A DNA stretch of 64,000 nucleotides from Anaeromyxobacter sp. (lineage in GTDB: Bacteria; Myxococcota; Myxococcia; Myxococcales; Anaeromyxobacteraceae). The notes beneath the pieces were generated by a model. That model saw only the letters and a list, made by a program, of their open reading frames with translations, did no database searches and was not told where the DNA came from. Positions within the stretch are counted from its first letter, which is position 1. Each line of letters opens with the position of its first letter. This document shows positions 36,401 through 45,924 of this stretch, one piece after another. The stretch is from contig JASGJN010000020.1 in the NCBI GenBank assembly GCA_049840735.1, positions 224,001 through 288,000 on the forward strand, given 5' to 3'. The position numbers were made by a program, and so were the translations under genes.

Positions 36401-37170
36401 ATGCGCCCTGCCCTGCCCCTCGCCGCCGCGCTCCTGTCGGCGGCCTGCCTGCCGCACACCCGGCTGCACCCGCGCGCCGCCGAGGAGGTCTCGCGCGGCT
36501 ACGTGCACCTGGCCGCGGGCGACGCCGAGCGCGCCGCCATCGCCTTCGACCACGCGCTGGAGTTCGATCCGGACGCGCCGGAGGCGGAGAACGGGCTGGG
36601 GGTGGTGGCGCGGCTGCGGGGCGACCTGCCGGCGGCGCGGGCCCACTTCGAGCGCGCCGGGCACCTGCGCCCGGACTTCGCCGAGGCCCACGCCAACCTG
36701 GGCGAGACGCTGCTCGCCGAAGGGGATCCGGACGAGGCCGAGGCGCGGCTGCGGGCGGCGCTGCGCATCGATCCGGACCTGGCCGACGCGCGCCAGAACC
36801 TGGCCCGCGCGCTGGTGCGGCGCGCCTTCGCGCCCGGCGAGGACCGGTCGCGCCGGCTGGCCGAGGCACGGCGGCAGGTGCTGCACCTGCTGGAGAGCTC
36901 GCCGGAGCGGGCGGCAGCCCACCACGACCTGGCCTTCCTCGACTACACCGCCGGGCGCTGGGCGGCCGCCGAGGCAGGCTACCGCCGCGCGGCGGAGCTG
37001 GAGCCAGGGTCGGCCCCGGCCCAGCTCGGCCTCTGCCTGGCCCTGGCGCGGCAGGGGCGCTGCGCCGAGGCCGCGCCGGCCTGCCAGCGGTGCCTGGCGC
37101 TGACCCCGGCGGACGGCCGGTGCCTGGGCAGCCTGGCGGCGGTGCAGGCCTGCGCGGGCCCCTCCGGCCT
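36401..37170 (+). CDS. TPR-repeat lipoprotein (3' end uncertain, no in-frame stop before korB)
   Basis: MRPALPLAAALLSAAC lipobox; TPR units AENGLGVV, AHANLG, ARQNLA, AHHDLA, AQLGLC. Confidence 0.75.
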
Positions 37171-38215
37171 ACTTGACCGTCCAGGTCTCCCCGGAGGTCA
37201 GCAGCTGGCCGAGCCCGCGGGTCTCGCCCTTGGCCGACGCCTTGGCCTTGGCGATGGTGTCCCAGGTGATCTCCTCGGCGGTCGGCCGGCGGACGTCCCG
37301 GAACACGCCGATGGGCGTGGGGAAGCCGGGCCGCGTGTCGAGGCTGGCCAGCATGAAGGCCAGCGTCGGGTCCTCGCGGTGGGCGTCGTGCACCAGCAGG
37401 TCGGCCTCGGTGACGCCGTCCTCGCCGATGGTCACCACCTCCAGCTGCACGGTGGCGGCGTTGAAGCGGATGCCCTTCTTCCCCTCGGGGCCGAAGCGGA
37501 GCGGCTTGCCGTGCTCCATCCGGAGCTGCGTCTCGGACTTCTGCGCCTTGTCGGTCAGCGGGACGTAGGCGCCGTCGTTGAAGACCGGGCAGTTCTGGAA
37601 GATCTCCACCACCGCGCTCCCCTTGTGCTCGGCGGCGGCCTTGAGCACGCCGGCCAGGTGCGGTCCCTCCACGTCGATGGAGCGGGCCACGAAGGTGGCG
37701 CCGGCGCCCAGCGCCAGGGCGGGCGGGTTGAACGGGTAGTCCGGCGAGCCGTGCGGGGTGGACTTGGTCTTCTTGCCCAGCTCGGAGGTGGGCGAGACCT
37801 GGCCCTTGGTGAGGCCGTAGATCCGGTTGTTGAAGAGCAGGAACTTGAGGTCCACGTTGCGGCGCATGGCGTGGATGAAGTGGTTCCCGCCGATGGCCAG
37901 CGCGTCGCCGTCGCCGGTGATGACCCACACCATCAGCTCCGGCCGCGAGATCTTGAGGCCGGAGGCGAAGGACGGGGCGCGGCCGTGCAGCGTGTGCATC
38001 CCGTAGTTGCGCATGTAGTACGGGAAGCGGGACGAGCACCCGATGCCGGAGACGAAGACGATGTTCTCGCGGGGCACGCCCACGCTGGGCAGCGTGCGCT
38101 GGACCTGGTTGATGATGGAGTAGTCGCCGCAGCCGGGGCACCAGCGCGGGTCGACGCCGGACTCGAAGTCCTTCTTGGTGTAGGCCGGGACGGGGGCCTG
38201 GGTCTCGGTGGTCAT
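37169..38215 (-). CDS. korB: 2-oxoacid:ferredoxin oxidoreductase subunit beta
   Basis: WCPGCGD, SGIGCSSR, HGRA, GDGDALAIGGNH, NNRIYGLTKGQ. Confidence 0.93.
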   Translation of the reverse strand: MTTETQAPVPAYTKKDFESGVDPRWCPGCGDYSIINQVQRTLPSVGVPRENIVFVSGIGCSSRFPYYMRNYGMHTLHGRAPSFASGLKISRPELMVWVITGDGDALAIGGNHFIHAMRRNVDLKFLLFNNRIYGLTKGQVSPTSELGKKTKSTPHGSPDYPFNPPALALGAGATFVARSIDVEGPHLAGVLKAAAEHKGSAVVEIFQNCPVFNDGAYVPLTDKAQKSETQLRMEHGKPLRFGPEGKKGIRFNAATVQLEVVTIGEDGVTEADLLVHDAHREDPTLAFMLASLDTRPGFPTPIGVFRDVRRPTAEEITWDTIAKAKASAKGETRGLGQLLTSGETWTVK

Positions 38216-38233
38216 GTCGATCTCCGTCTCGGG

Positions 38234-40090
38234 CTACAGGAGCTCCAGCACCTTGCCGACAATCTCGCTCACCTTGAGCGGGCGGCCGTTGATGCGGTTG
38301 AAGGACACCGGGTCGAGGCCGGGGAACTTGCCGCGCAGGTAGAAGGCCAGCTGCCCGTCGTTCACCTCGGGCACCAGGATCTTCTTGAACCGGCGGAGCA
38401 CCGCCTCGAGGTTCTGCGGCAGCGGGTTGATCCACCGGAGGTGGACGTGGGCCACCGGCCGCCCCTCGTTGCGGAGCACCTCGGCGGCGGTCCTGACCGA
38501 GCCGTAGGTGCCGCCCCAGGAGACCATCGCCACCTCGGCGTTGACCGGCCCCTCGACCTTCGCGTCCGGCACGTCCGCCACCACGTTGCGGACCTTCTGG
38601 GCCCGGATGCGGACCATCCGCTCGTGGTTCATGCCGTCGTAGGAGACCATGCCGGAGAGGGCGTCCTTCTCCAGGCCGCCGATGCGGTGCTCCAGCCCAG
38701 GGGTGCCCGGGATGGCCCAGGGGCGGACCAGCCGCTCGTCGCGCAGGTACGGCATGTAGCCGTTCTCGTGGTTGGGCTCCCGCGGGTGCTGCGGCTCGAT
38801 GCGGGGCAGCTCCGACGCGTCCGGGATCCGGAACGGCTCGGAGCCGTTGGCCAGGTAGCCGTCGGTGAGGAGCAGCACCGGGGTCATCCAGCGGACCGCC
38901 ACGCGCATGGCCTCCATGGCCGCCCAGAAGCAGTCGGCCGGGCTCTGCGCCGCGATGACCGGCATGGGCGCCTCGCCGTGGCGCCCGAAGAGCGCCATCA
39001 GCAGGTCCGCCTGCTCGGTCTTGGTGGGCATGCCGGTGGACGGGCCGCCGCGCTGCACGTTGACGATGACCAGCGGCAGCTCGGTGATGACCGCCAGGCC
39101 CATCATCTCGGACTTGAGCGCCAGGCCCGGCCCGGAGGTGGTGGTCACGGCCAGCGCGCCGCCGAACGCCGCGCCGATGGCGGAGCCGATGCCGGCGATC
39201 TCGTCCTCCGCCTGGAACGTCACCACCCCGTGCTCCTTGTAGTTGGAGAGCTCGTGGAGGATCTCGGAGGCGGGCGTGATGGGGTAGCTGCCCAGGAACA
39301 CCTGCTGGCCGGTGGTGCGGGCCACGGCGGCGAAGCCCAGCGCGGTGGCCACGTTGCCGGTCACGTTGCGGTAGGTGCCGGGGGCCAGCTGCGAGGCCGG
39401 GACCACGTAGCGCTGGAAGAAGATCTCCGAGGTGTCGCCGAAGGCGTACCCGGCCTTGAACACCTTGCCGTTGGCCTCGGCCAGCTCCGGCTTCTTGGTG
39501 AACTTCTTGCGGATGGCCTCCAGCTGCTGGTCCATGGGCCGGCTGTACATCCAGTAGATGAGGCCGAGCGCGAAGTAGTTCTTGCAGCGGGCCACGTCCT
39601 TGGAGGACAGGCCGGAGCCGGCCAGCGCCGTCTCGGTGAGCTTGTTCATGTCCACCGCGAACACCTTGTAGGTGTTGCGGAGGGCCTCGTCCTCGAGCGG
39701 GTTCTCGCGGTAGCCGGCCTTCTCGAGGTTGCCTGCGTTGAACGCGCCCGAGTTCACGATCAGCATGCCGCCCGGCTTCAGGTCGGGGAGGCTGGTCTTG
39801 AGCGCGGCCGGGTTCATGGCCACCAGCACGTCCGGCTGGTCGCCCGGCGTGTGGACGTCCCTGGCGCCCACGTTCACCTGGTAACCGGAGACGCCGGACA
39901 GCGAGCCGGCCGGCGCGCGGATCTCGGCCGGGAAGTCCGGGAAGGTGGCCACGTCGTTGCCGGCCAGCGCGCTCGCCCGGGTGAACTCGCTCCCGGTCAG
40001 CTGCATGCCATCGCCCGAGTCGCCGACGAAGCGGATGGTGACGGTCTCGACCTGCTCGACCTTGTGCTGCGCCGCGGAAGGCTGCGTCAT
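38234..40090 (-). CDS. korA: 2-oxoacid:acceptor oxidoreductase subunit alpha (fused gamma domain)
   Basis: GDSGDGMQLTG, FPAEIR, YPITPAS, QAEDEI, TSGPG, QRGGPSTG. Confidence 0.93.
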   Translation of the reverse strand: MTQPSAAQHKVEQVETVTIRFVGDSGDGMQLTGSEFTRASALAGNDVATFPDFPAEIRAPAGSLSGVSGYQVNVGARDVHTPGDQPDVLVAMNPAALKTSLPDLKPGGMLIVNSGAFNAGNLEKAGYRENPLEDEALRNTYKVFAVDMNKLTETALAGSGLSSKDVARCKNYFALGLIYWMYSRPMDQQLEAIRKKFTKKPELAEANGKVFKAGYAFGDTSEIFFQRYVVPASQLAPGTYRNVTGNVATALGFAAVARTTGQQVFLGSYPITPASEILHELSNYKEHGVVTFQAEDEIAGIGSAIGAAFGGALAVTTTSGPGLALKSEMMGLAVITELPLVIVNVQRGGPSTGMPTKTEQADLLMALFGRHGEAPMPVIAAQSPADCFWAAMEAMRVAVRWMTPVLLLTDGYLANGSEPFRIPDASELPRIEPQHPREPNHENGYMPYLRDERLVRPWAIPGTPGLEHRIGGLEKDALSGMVSYDGMNHERMVRIRAQKVRNVVADVPDAKVEGPVNAEVAMVSWGGTYGSVRTAAEVLRNEGRPVAHVHLRWINPLPQNLEAVLRRFKKILVPEVNDGQLAFYLRGKFPGLDPVSFNRINGRPLKVSEIVGKVLELL

Positions 40091-40285
40091 GTCCCTGCGT
40101 CTCCTGGGGAGGACGGGTGCTGCGGTCCCGGGTGCCGGTGTCCCGACGCCGCCGTGTCCCGCGGCCGTGGGGGAAAGACTCTAAACCGTTCCCCCTGCCG
40201 GCAGTCAAGGCGCGGCAAACGTCCGTTTGCCGCAAACTCCGGCGCCTGCCGGAGCCCGCCGCCCGCCGGCGCCCGGAGGCCGTGG

Positions 40286-41676
<1,391 letters not shown>

Positions 41677-41680
<4 letters not shown>

Positions 41681-42351
41681 CCGAACACCTCCAGGTTGGC
41701 CCCGGTCATCGCCGCGGGCGCGTCCAGCGCGGCGTACACGACCACGCCCGCCACCTGGTCCGGCGTCATCTGCGGTGGGAACGGCGTGCGGGCCAGCATC
41801 TCGGTGTCGGTGCTGCCCGGCGACACGGCCAGGCACTGCACGCCGTGCGGCCGCAGCTCCTCCGCCAGGCACTTGGTCAGGCCCACCAGCCCCCACTTCG
41901 ACGCGTTGTAGGGGCTGGCCTCGGCCGTGCCCAGCGTGGCGGAGATGGAGGCGATGTTCACGATGCGGCCGGAGCCGCGCCGCTTCATGGCCGGCACCAC
42001 CGCCCGCGCGCACAGGAACGGGCCCACCAGGTTCACGTCCAGCACGTGGCGGAAGTCGGCCGCGGAGAGCGCCTCCACCGGCCCGCGCGCCAGGACCCCG
42101 GCCGCGCTGACCAGCACGTCGGCGGGCCCGAGCGCCGCCGCGTGCTCCTCCACCAGCCGCGCCACGTCGGCCTCGCTGCGCACGTCGCCCGCCGCGGCCC
42201 GCGCCGCCCACCCGGCCGCCACGGCGCGCTCCACCTGCCCCGCGGTGCGCGCGAAGACCGTCACGCGCAGCCCGCGCGAGGTCAGGGCCCGGGCCACGGC
42301 CTCGCCGATGCCCCGCCCGCCGCCGGTCACGATGGCGCTGGGGGCGCTCAC
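41677..42351 (-). CDS. short-chain dehydrogenase/reductase
   Basis: TGGGRGIG, SAAG, YNASK (YxxxK), PGSTDT. Confidence 0.9.
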
Positions 42352-43106
42352 CGCCGCGCCTCGGGCCGCCCGGCCCCCGCGCGGGCGGACCGCCCTGCCC
42401 GGCCGCGCGCCCGCGCCGGGCGCCGTCCCGTCCGCGTCCTCGCCGGCGCCGGTCCGTCCTCTGCGCCCGGCGAGCCCGCCGGAGCGCGCCCGCGCCCTGC
42501 CGAGGGCGCCGCCGCGGCCCGGCCGATGGCGTCCAGCAGCGCCCGCTGCGCGCGCGGCTCGCGCGCCAGCTCCCCGGCGAAGGCCTGCGCGTGCGCGCGG
42601 GCGCCGGGCTGCGTCTCGCCGCGGACGGTCAGGCAGAGCTGCTCGGCCTCCAGCACCACGCCGGCGCCGCGGGCGCCCAGGTGCTGGATCAGCGCCTCGG
42701 CGATCTCCAGCGCCAGGTCCTCCTGCAGCACCAGCCGGTGGGCCAGCGCGTCCACCAGCCGGACCAGCTGGCCGAACCCGACCACCTTCCCGCCCGGCAG
42801 GTAGGCCAGGTGGGCCACACCGCGCGAGGGCAGCAGGTGGTGCGGGCAGACCGAGTGGAAGGTGATGCCGGTCACGGCCACCAGGCCGCCGCTCCGGGTC
42901 GGGATGGCGCCGGCCAGGATGGCGGCGGGGTCCTGCCCGTAGCCGTCCACCAGCTCGTCCAGCCAGGCGTCGGCCACCCGCCCTGGCGTGCCGCGCAGGT
43001 CCTCCGAGCGGCGCACCGCCTCGGGCAGCGGCAGCGCGTCCAGGAAGCTGGCCACGGCCGCGGCCGCGGCCTCGCGCCGCCGGACCCTGGGCCGGCTAGC
43101 GGGCAC
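42348..43106 (-). CDS. folE: GTP cyclohydrolase I family protein (divergent)
   Basis: TPGRVA, HSVCPHHLLP, AYLPGGKVVG, RLVLQE, EAEQLCLTVRG. Confidence 0.8.
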   Translation of the reverse strand: MPASRPRVRRREAAAAAVASFLDALPLPEAVRRSEDLRGTPGRVADAWLDELVDGYGQDPAAILAGAIPTRSGGLVAVTGITFHSVCPHHLLPSRGVAHLAYLPGGKVVGFGQLVRLVDALAHRLVLQEDLALEIAEALIQHLGARGAGVVLEAEQLCLTVRGETQPGARAHAQAFAGELAREPRAQRALLDAIGRAAAAPSAGRGRAPAGSPGAEDGPAPARTRTGRRPARARGRAGRSARAGAGRPEARR

Positions 43107-43485
43107 CGGGCCCCCGGTAGGTCACGCAGGAGTCCGGGATCTCGAAGAGGCGGATCTCCACCAGGCCTGCCACGTGCGGCGCCAGGACCTCCCAGATCCA
43201 GCGCGCGATGTTCTCGGCGGTGGGGTTCTCCAGGATGTCGTTCAGGGTGCGGTGATCCACGCGCGCCAGCACGTGCTCCTGCACCGCCTGCTTGATGACG
43301 CCGAAGTCGGCGATCATGCCGGTGGCGGGATCCACCTCGCCCTCGAGGGCGACGAAGAACTTGTAGTTGTGGCCGTGCATCCGGAAGCACGGGCCCTCGT
43401 AGCGGGGCAGCCGGTGGGCAGCGGCGAAGTAGAACTCGACGTCCAGGCGCATGCGCCGGCGGTCGGTGTAGTCGATGGCAGCCAT
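43096..43485 (-). CDS. queD: 6-carboxytetrahydropterin / 6-pyruvoyl-tetrahydropterin synthase family protein
   Basis: FAAAHRLP, CFRMHGHNY, GMIADFG, DHRTLN, NPTAENIA. Confidence 0.88.
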   Translation of the reverse strand: MAAIDYTDRRRMRLDVEFYFAAAHRLPRYEGPCFRMHGHNYKFFVALEGEVDPATGMIADFGVIKQAVQEHVLARVDHRTLNDILENPTAENIARWIWEVLAPHVAGLVEIRLFEIPDSCVTYRGPGAR

Positions 43486-43492
43486 GGCGGAT

Positions 43493-43792
43493 TTATAGCT
43501 CCACGAAGACTTCGCCGCCCTCCACAACGGCGCGGAACGTGTCCACCGCGACGCCGGGGAACTCCGGGCAGGCGCCGGTGTCGAGCTCGAACGCCCAGGC
43601 GTGGAGCGGGCAGTAGACCACGCCGCCGCGCACGTCCCCGAAGGCCAGGGCGGCCCCGCGGTGCGGGCACAGGTTGTCGAGGGCGTGCACGCGGTCGCCG
43701 CGGCGGAACAGGGCCACCTCCCGGCCGTCCACCTCCACCTGCCACCCGCACCCCTCCGGCAGGTCCGCCAGCCGCGCCACGCGATGTCGCAT
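43493..43792 (-). CDS. Rieske [2Fe-2S] ferredoxin
   Basis: CPHRG and CPLHAW Rieske motifs; 99 aa. Confidence 0.9.
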   Translation of the reverse strand: MRHRVARLADLPEGCGWQVEVDGREVALFRRGDRVHALDNLCPHRGAALAFGDVRGGVVYCPLHAWAFELDTGACPEFPGVAVDTFRAVVEGGEVFVEL

Positions 43793-43887
43793 GACGCGTT
43801 TCTACCAGGGGTGACCCCGTGCAGCCACGGGTCGCTGGACCAGGGCGAAGGCGCCGCCTCGCGCCGGGGGCGGGGGGCAGCCTCGCC

Positions 43888-44112
43888 TCAGTACCCCGCG
43901 CGCGCTTCGCCCGGCAGGCAGCTGCTGGAGCAGTAGGTTCGGCCGCCGGACTGGAGCCCCTGCCCCAGCACCTTGGTCCCGCAGGAGAAGCACGCCGGCG
44001 CGGCCTGGATCACCGCGCAGGCGAACGAGCAGAAGACCGACTCGCGCCCCCTGTACTTGAGCCCGATCGGATACCTGCCCAGCTCACCACCGCAGCACGC
44101 GCACCGTTCCAT
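43888..44112 (-). CDS. small Cys-rich metal-binding protein (tandem TRASH-like / prokaryotic metallothionein-like)
   Basis: MERCACCG...FCSFAC...APACFSCG...YCSSSC; 74 aa; ATG after AGGAG. Confidence 0.7.
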   Translation of the reverse strand: MERCACCGGELGRYPIGLKYRGRESVFCSFACAVIQAAPACFSCGTKVLGQGLQSGGRTYCSSSCLPGEARAGY

Positions 44113-44273
44113 GGCCGTTCTCCTGCCCAACAAGCTAGGCGCGCGCCCACCTGCCCGGGAGGCTGAACACCCCCAAGGAGGTGCGTCCCTCGGGGGGATG
44201 GCACATGAGACCACCCCGGGACACGTAACTGACGCGCGGTGTGGCCGTCAGGGACAGTGGGGAGAGAATCCGC

Positions 44274-44639
44274 GTGACCACACTCGTCATCGAAGCTGAT
44301 CCGGAGCGCCGCGCTGAAGTGACACGCCTCATCGAGGGCTCAGGCCATCCGGTCAAGGGAGCCGCCGACCTGTCGGGGGCGATCCTCGAGGGACTGGCGG
44401 CAGAGGAGCAGCGCCCCAACGGGCGGCGCGGCCGTCCCACGCTGGCGGAGCTGGACCGGCGCTACGCGGCCGAGATCCTGCGCCAGACCGGCGGGAACAA
44501 GACGCGCGCTGCGGAGATCCTGGGGATCGACCGCAAGACGCTCTACCGGCTCATCGAGCCGCGCCCGGCCGGCGCCGCCCAGGCCGAGGCCGCGCGCGCC
44601 GACGTGGACGCGGGCGAGTCCGCGCCCAACCAGCACTGA
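44274..44639 (+). CDS. small Fis-type HTH protein with truncated receiver-like N-terminus
   Basis: TLVIEADPERR..; PTLAELDRRYAAEILRQTGGNKTRAAEILGIDRKTLYR; GTG after GGGGAG. Confidence 0.75.
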   Translation: MTTLVIEADPERRAEVTRLIEGSGHPVKGAADLSGAILEGLAAEEQRPNGRRGRPTLAELDRRYAAEILRQTGGNKTRAAEILGIDRKTLYRLIEPRPAGAAQAEAARADVDAGESAPNQH

Positions 44640-44735
44640 GCTTCCAGCGGGGCGGGAGCAAGGCGAAGGGGTCCTCCGTCCGCGGCCGTCAGGCCAGGCA
44701 CGGGGGGCCGCCCTTCCAGCCCGCCCTGACGCACG

Positions 44736-44783
44736 AAGGCGCGCCTCTCGCCGCCGTGGCCGGTGGGCGAGGCGCGCCTTTTC
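44736..44783. terminator. hairpin terminator between the convergent Fis-like gene and ihfA
   Basis: AAGGCGCGCCTC...GAGGCGCGCCTTTT inverted repeat with T-tract. Confidence 0.55.
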
Positions 44784-44804
44784 TGCTGCGGCGACGCGGG
44801 GAAG

Positions 44805-45126
44805 CTACTCGATCCCGGAGCCGCCAGCCGCCGGGACGGGCTCGCCAATCGCGCCGTTGAGCGCGTTCTTGAGCACCTGGCTGGGCCGGAAGGTCAGCAC
44901 CCGACGAGCGCTGATCTCGATCTCCTCGCCCGTCTGCGGATTGCGACCCACGCGAGACTTCTTGTCCCGCACGATGAAGTTGCCGAACCCGCTGATTCTC
45001 GATCTTCTCGCCCCGTTCCAGCGTTTCCTTGATGGTGTCGAACACCATCTCGACGACCTCGGCGGCCTCCTTCTTGGAGAAGCCCACCTTCTCGTAGACG
45101 CTCTCGATGATGTCTGCCTTGGTCAC
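44805..45126 (-). CDS. ihfA: integration host factor subunit alpha (+1 frameshift at ~44996)
   Basis: [21 protein letters not shown] / [39 protein letters not shown]; lies downstream of pheT. Confidence 0.92.
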
Positions 45127-45159
45127 GGTCTCGCTCCCGGCGGGGCTAAGATCCCGAAT

Positions 45160-45188
45160 TCGATAGCTGATTTGCCGGCAGGTGTCAA
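45160..45188 (-). promoter_or_regulatory. sigma70-type promoter for ihfA
   Basis: TTGACA-17 nt-TATCGA on the minus strand. Confidence 0.5.
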
Positions 45189-45195
45189 TCTCACG

Positions 45196-45440
45196 GGGGC
45201 TGCGCCCCCGCCCCGCCGGCAAAGCCGTCGGGGCCCCACCCCTGCTGCGGCGGAGCCAAGCGCGCTGCGGCCTGCGGCCTTGCGCGCTTTCCGCCGTCGA
45301 GGGGCTGCGCCCCTCCCCCAGCTGCGCTGGGGCCCCCACCCTGCCTTCCACGGGCCCCACCCCTGCTGCGGCGGAGCCAAGCGCGCTGCGGCCTGCGGCC
45401 TTGCGCGCTTTCCGCCGTCCAGGGGCTGCGCCCCTCCCCC
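45196..45440. repeat. composite REP/BIME-like array with an 89-bp direct duplication
   Basis: 45231-45319 and 45352-45440 are identical except for one base; three GGGGCTGCGCCCC palindromes. Confidence 0.85.
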
Positions 45441-45525
45441 TGGCGCGCTGGGGCCAAGCGCGCTGAACGCGGCCGATCGCCCTGAGCGTTGCGGCGCGCA
45501 GCGCCGCGGAGTCGAAGGGCGGCCC

Positions 45526-45921
45526 CTACGGCGCTGGCGGTGCCGGCGTGCCGGAGGCGCCGCCCAGCTCCCGTCGGGCGCGCTCGCGCGCCTCCTGGGT
45601 GGCTTCAGCCGCCTGATCCAGCGTCCGCTGGGCCTCGTCGCGCGACGGCCCGGCGACCACCGGCTCGCCGGTGGGGTCGCGCCCCACGCCCGCCGTCAGG
45701 GCCAGCACCAGCGCGCTGGCGCCCACCGCCAGGATGGCCATCGCCAGCCCCGCCGCGGCGAAGGGGCGTCCAGCGCCGCCCTTCAGGGCGCGCGCGGACA
45801 GGACCACCGCGGCCAGCCCGACCACCAGGCCGAACGGGGCTGCGAGCGGGTGCCAGGAGGCGAACGCGGCGGCCAGGCCGAAGGCGGCCGCCACCACCGC
45901 GGGCCTGCCGGGCCTCGCCAC
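45526..45921 (-). CDS. hypothetical membrane protein
   Basis: 131 aa with 2-3 hydrophobic segments; starts 4 nt after the pheT stop. Confidence 0.6.
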   Translation of the reverse strand: MARPGRPAVVAAAFGLAAAFASWHPLAAPFGLVVGLAAVVLSARALKGGAGRPFAAAGLAMAILAVGASALVLALTAGVGRDPTGEPVVAGPSRDEAQRTLDQAAEATQEARERARRELGGASGTPAPPAP

Positions 45922-45924
45922 GCG

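Noticed and set aside
36054..40235. 1393-aa Arg/Pro/Gly-rich minus-strand ORF
   Set aside because: It is an alternative frame of korA/korB with low-complexity composition typical of GC-rich off-frames.
42348..43485. dpd-type 7-deazaguanine DNA-modification system
   Set aside because: No DpdA/TGT-like gene, queC/queE or helicase/nuclease genes nearby.
45196..45440. CRISPR array
   Set aside because: There are only two long copies with palindromic modules, no unique equal-length spacers and no cas genes.
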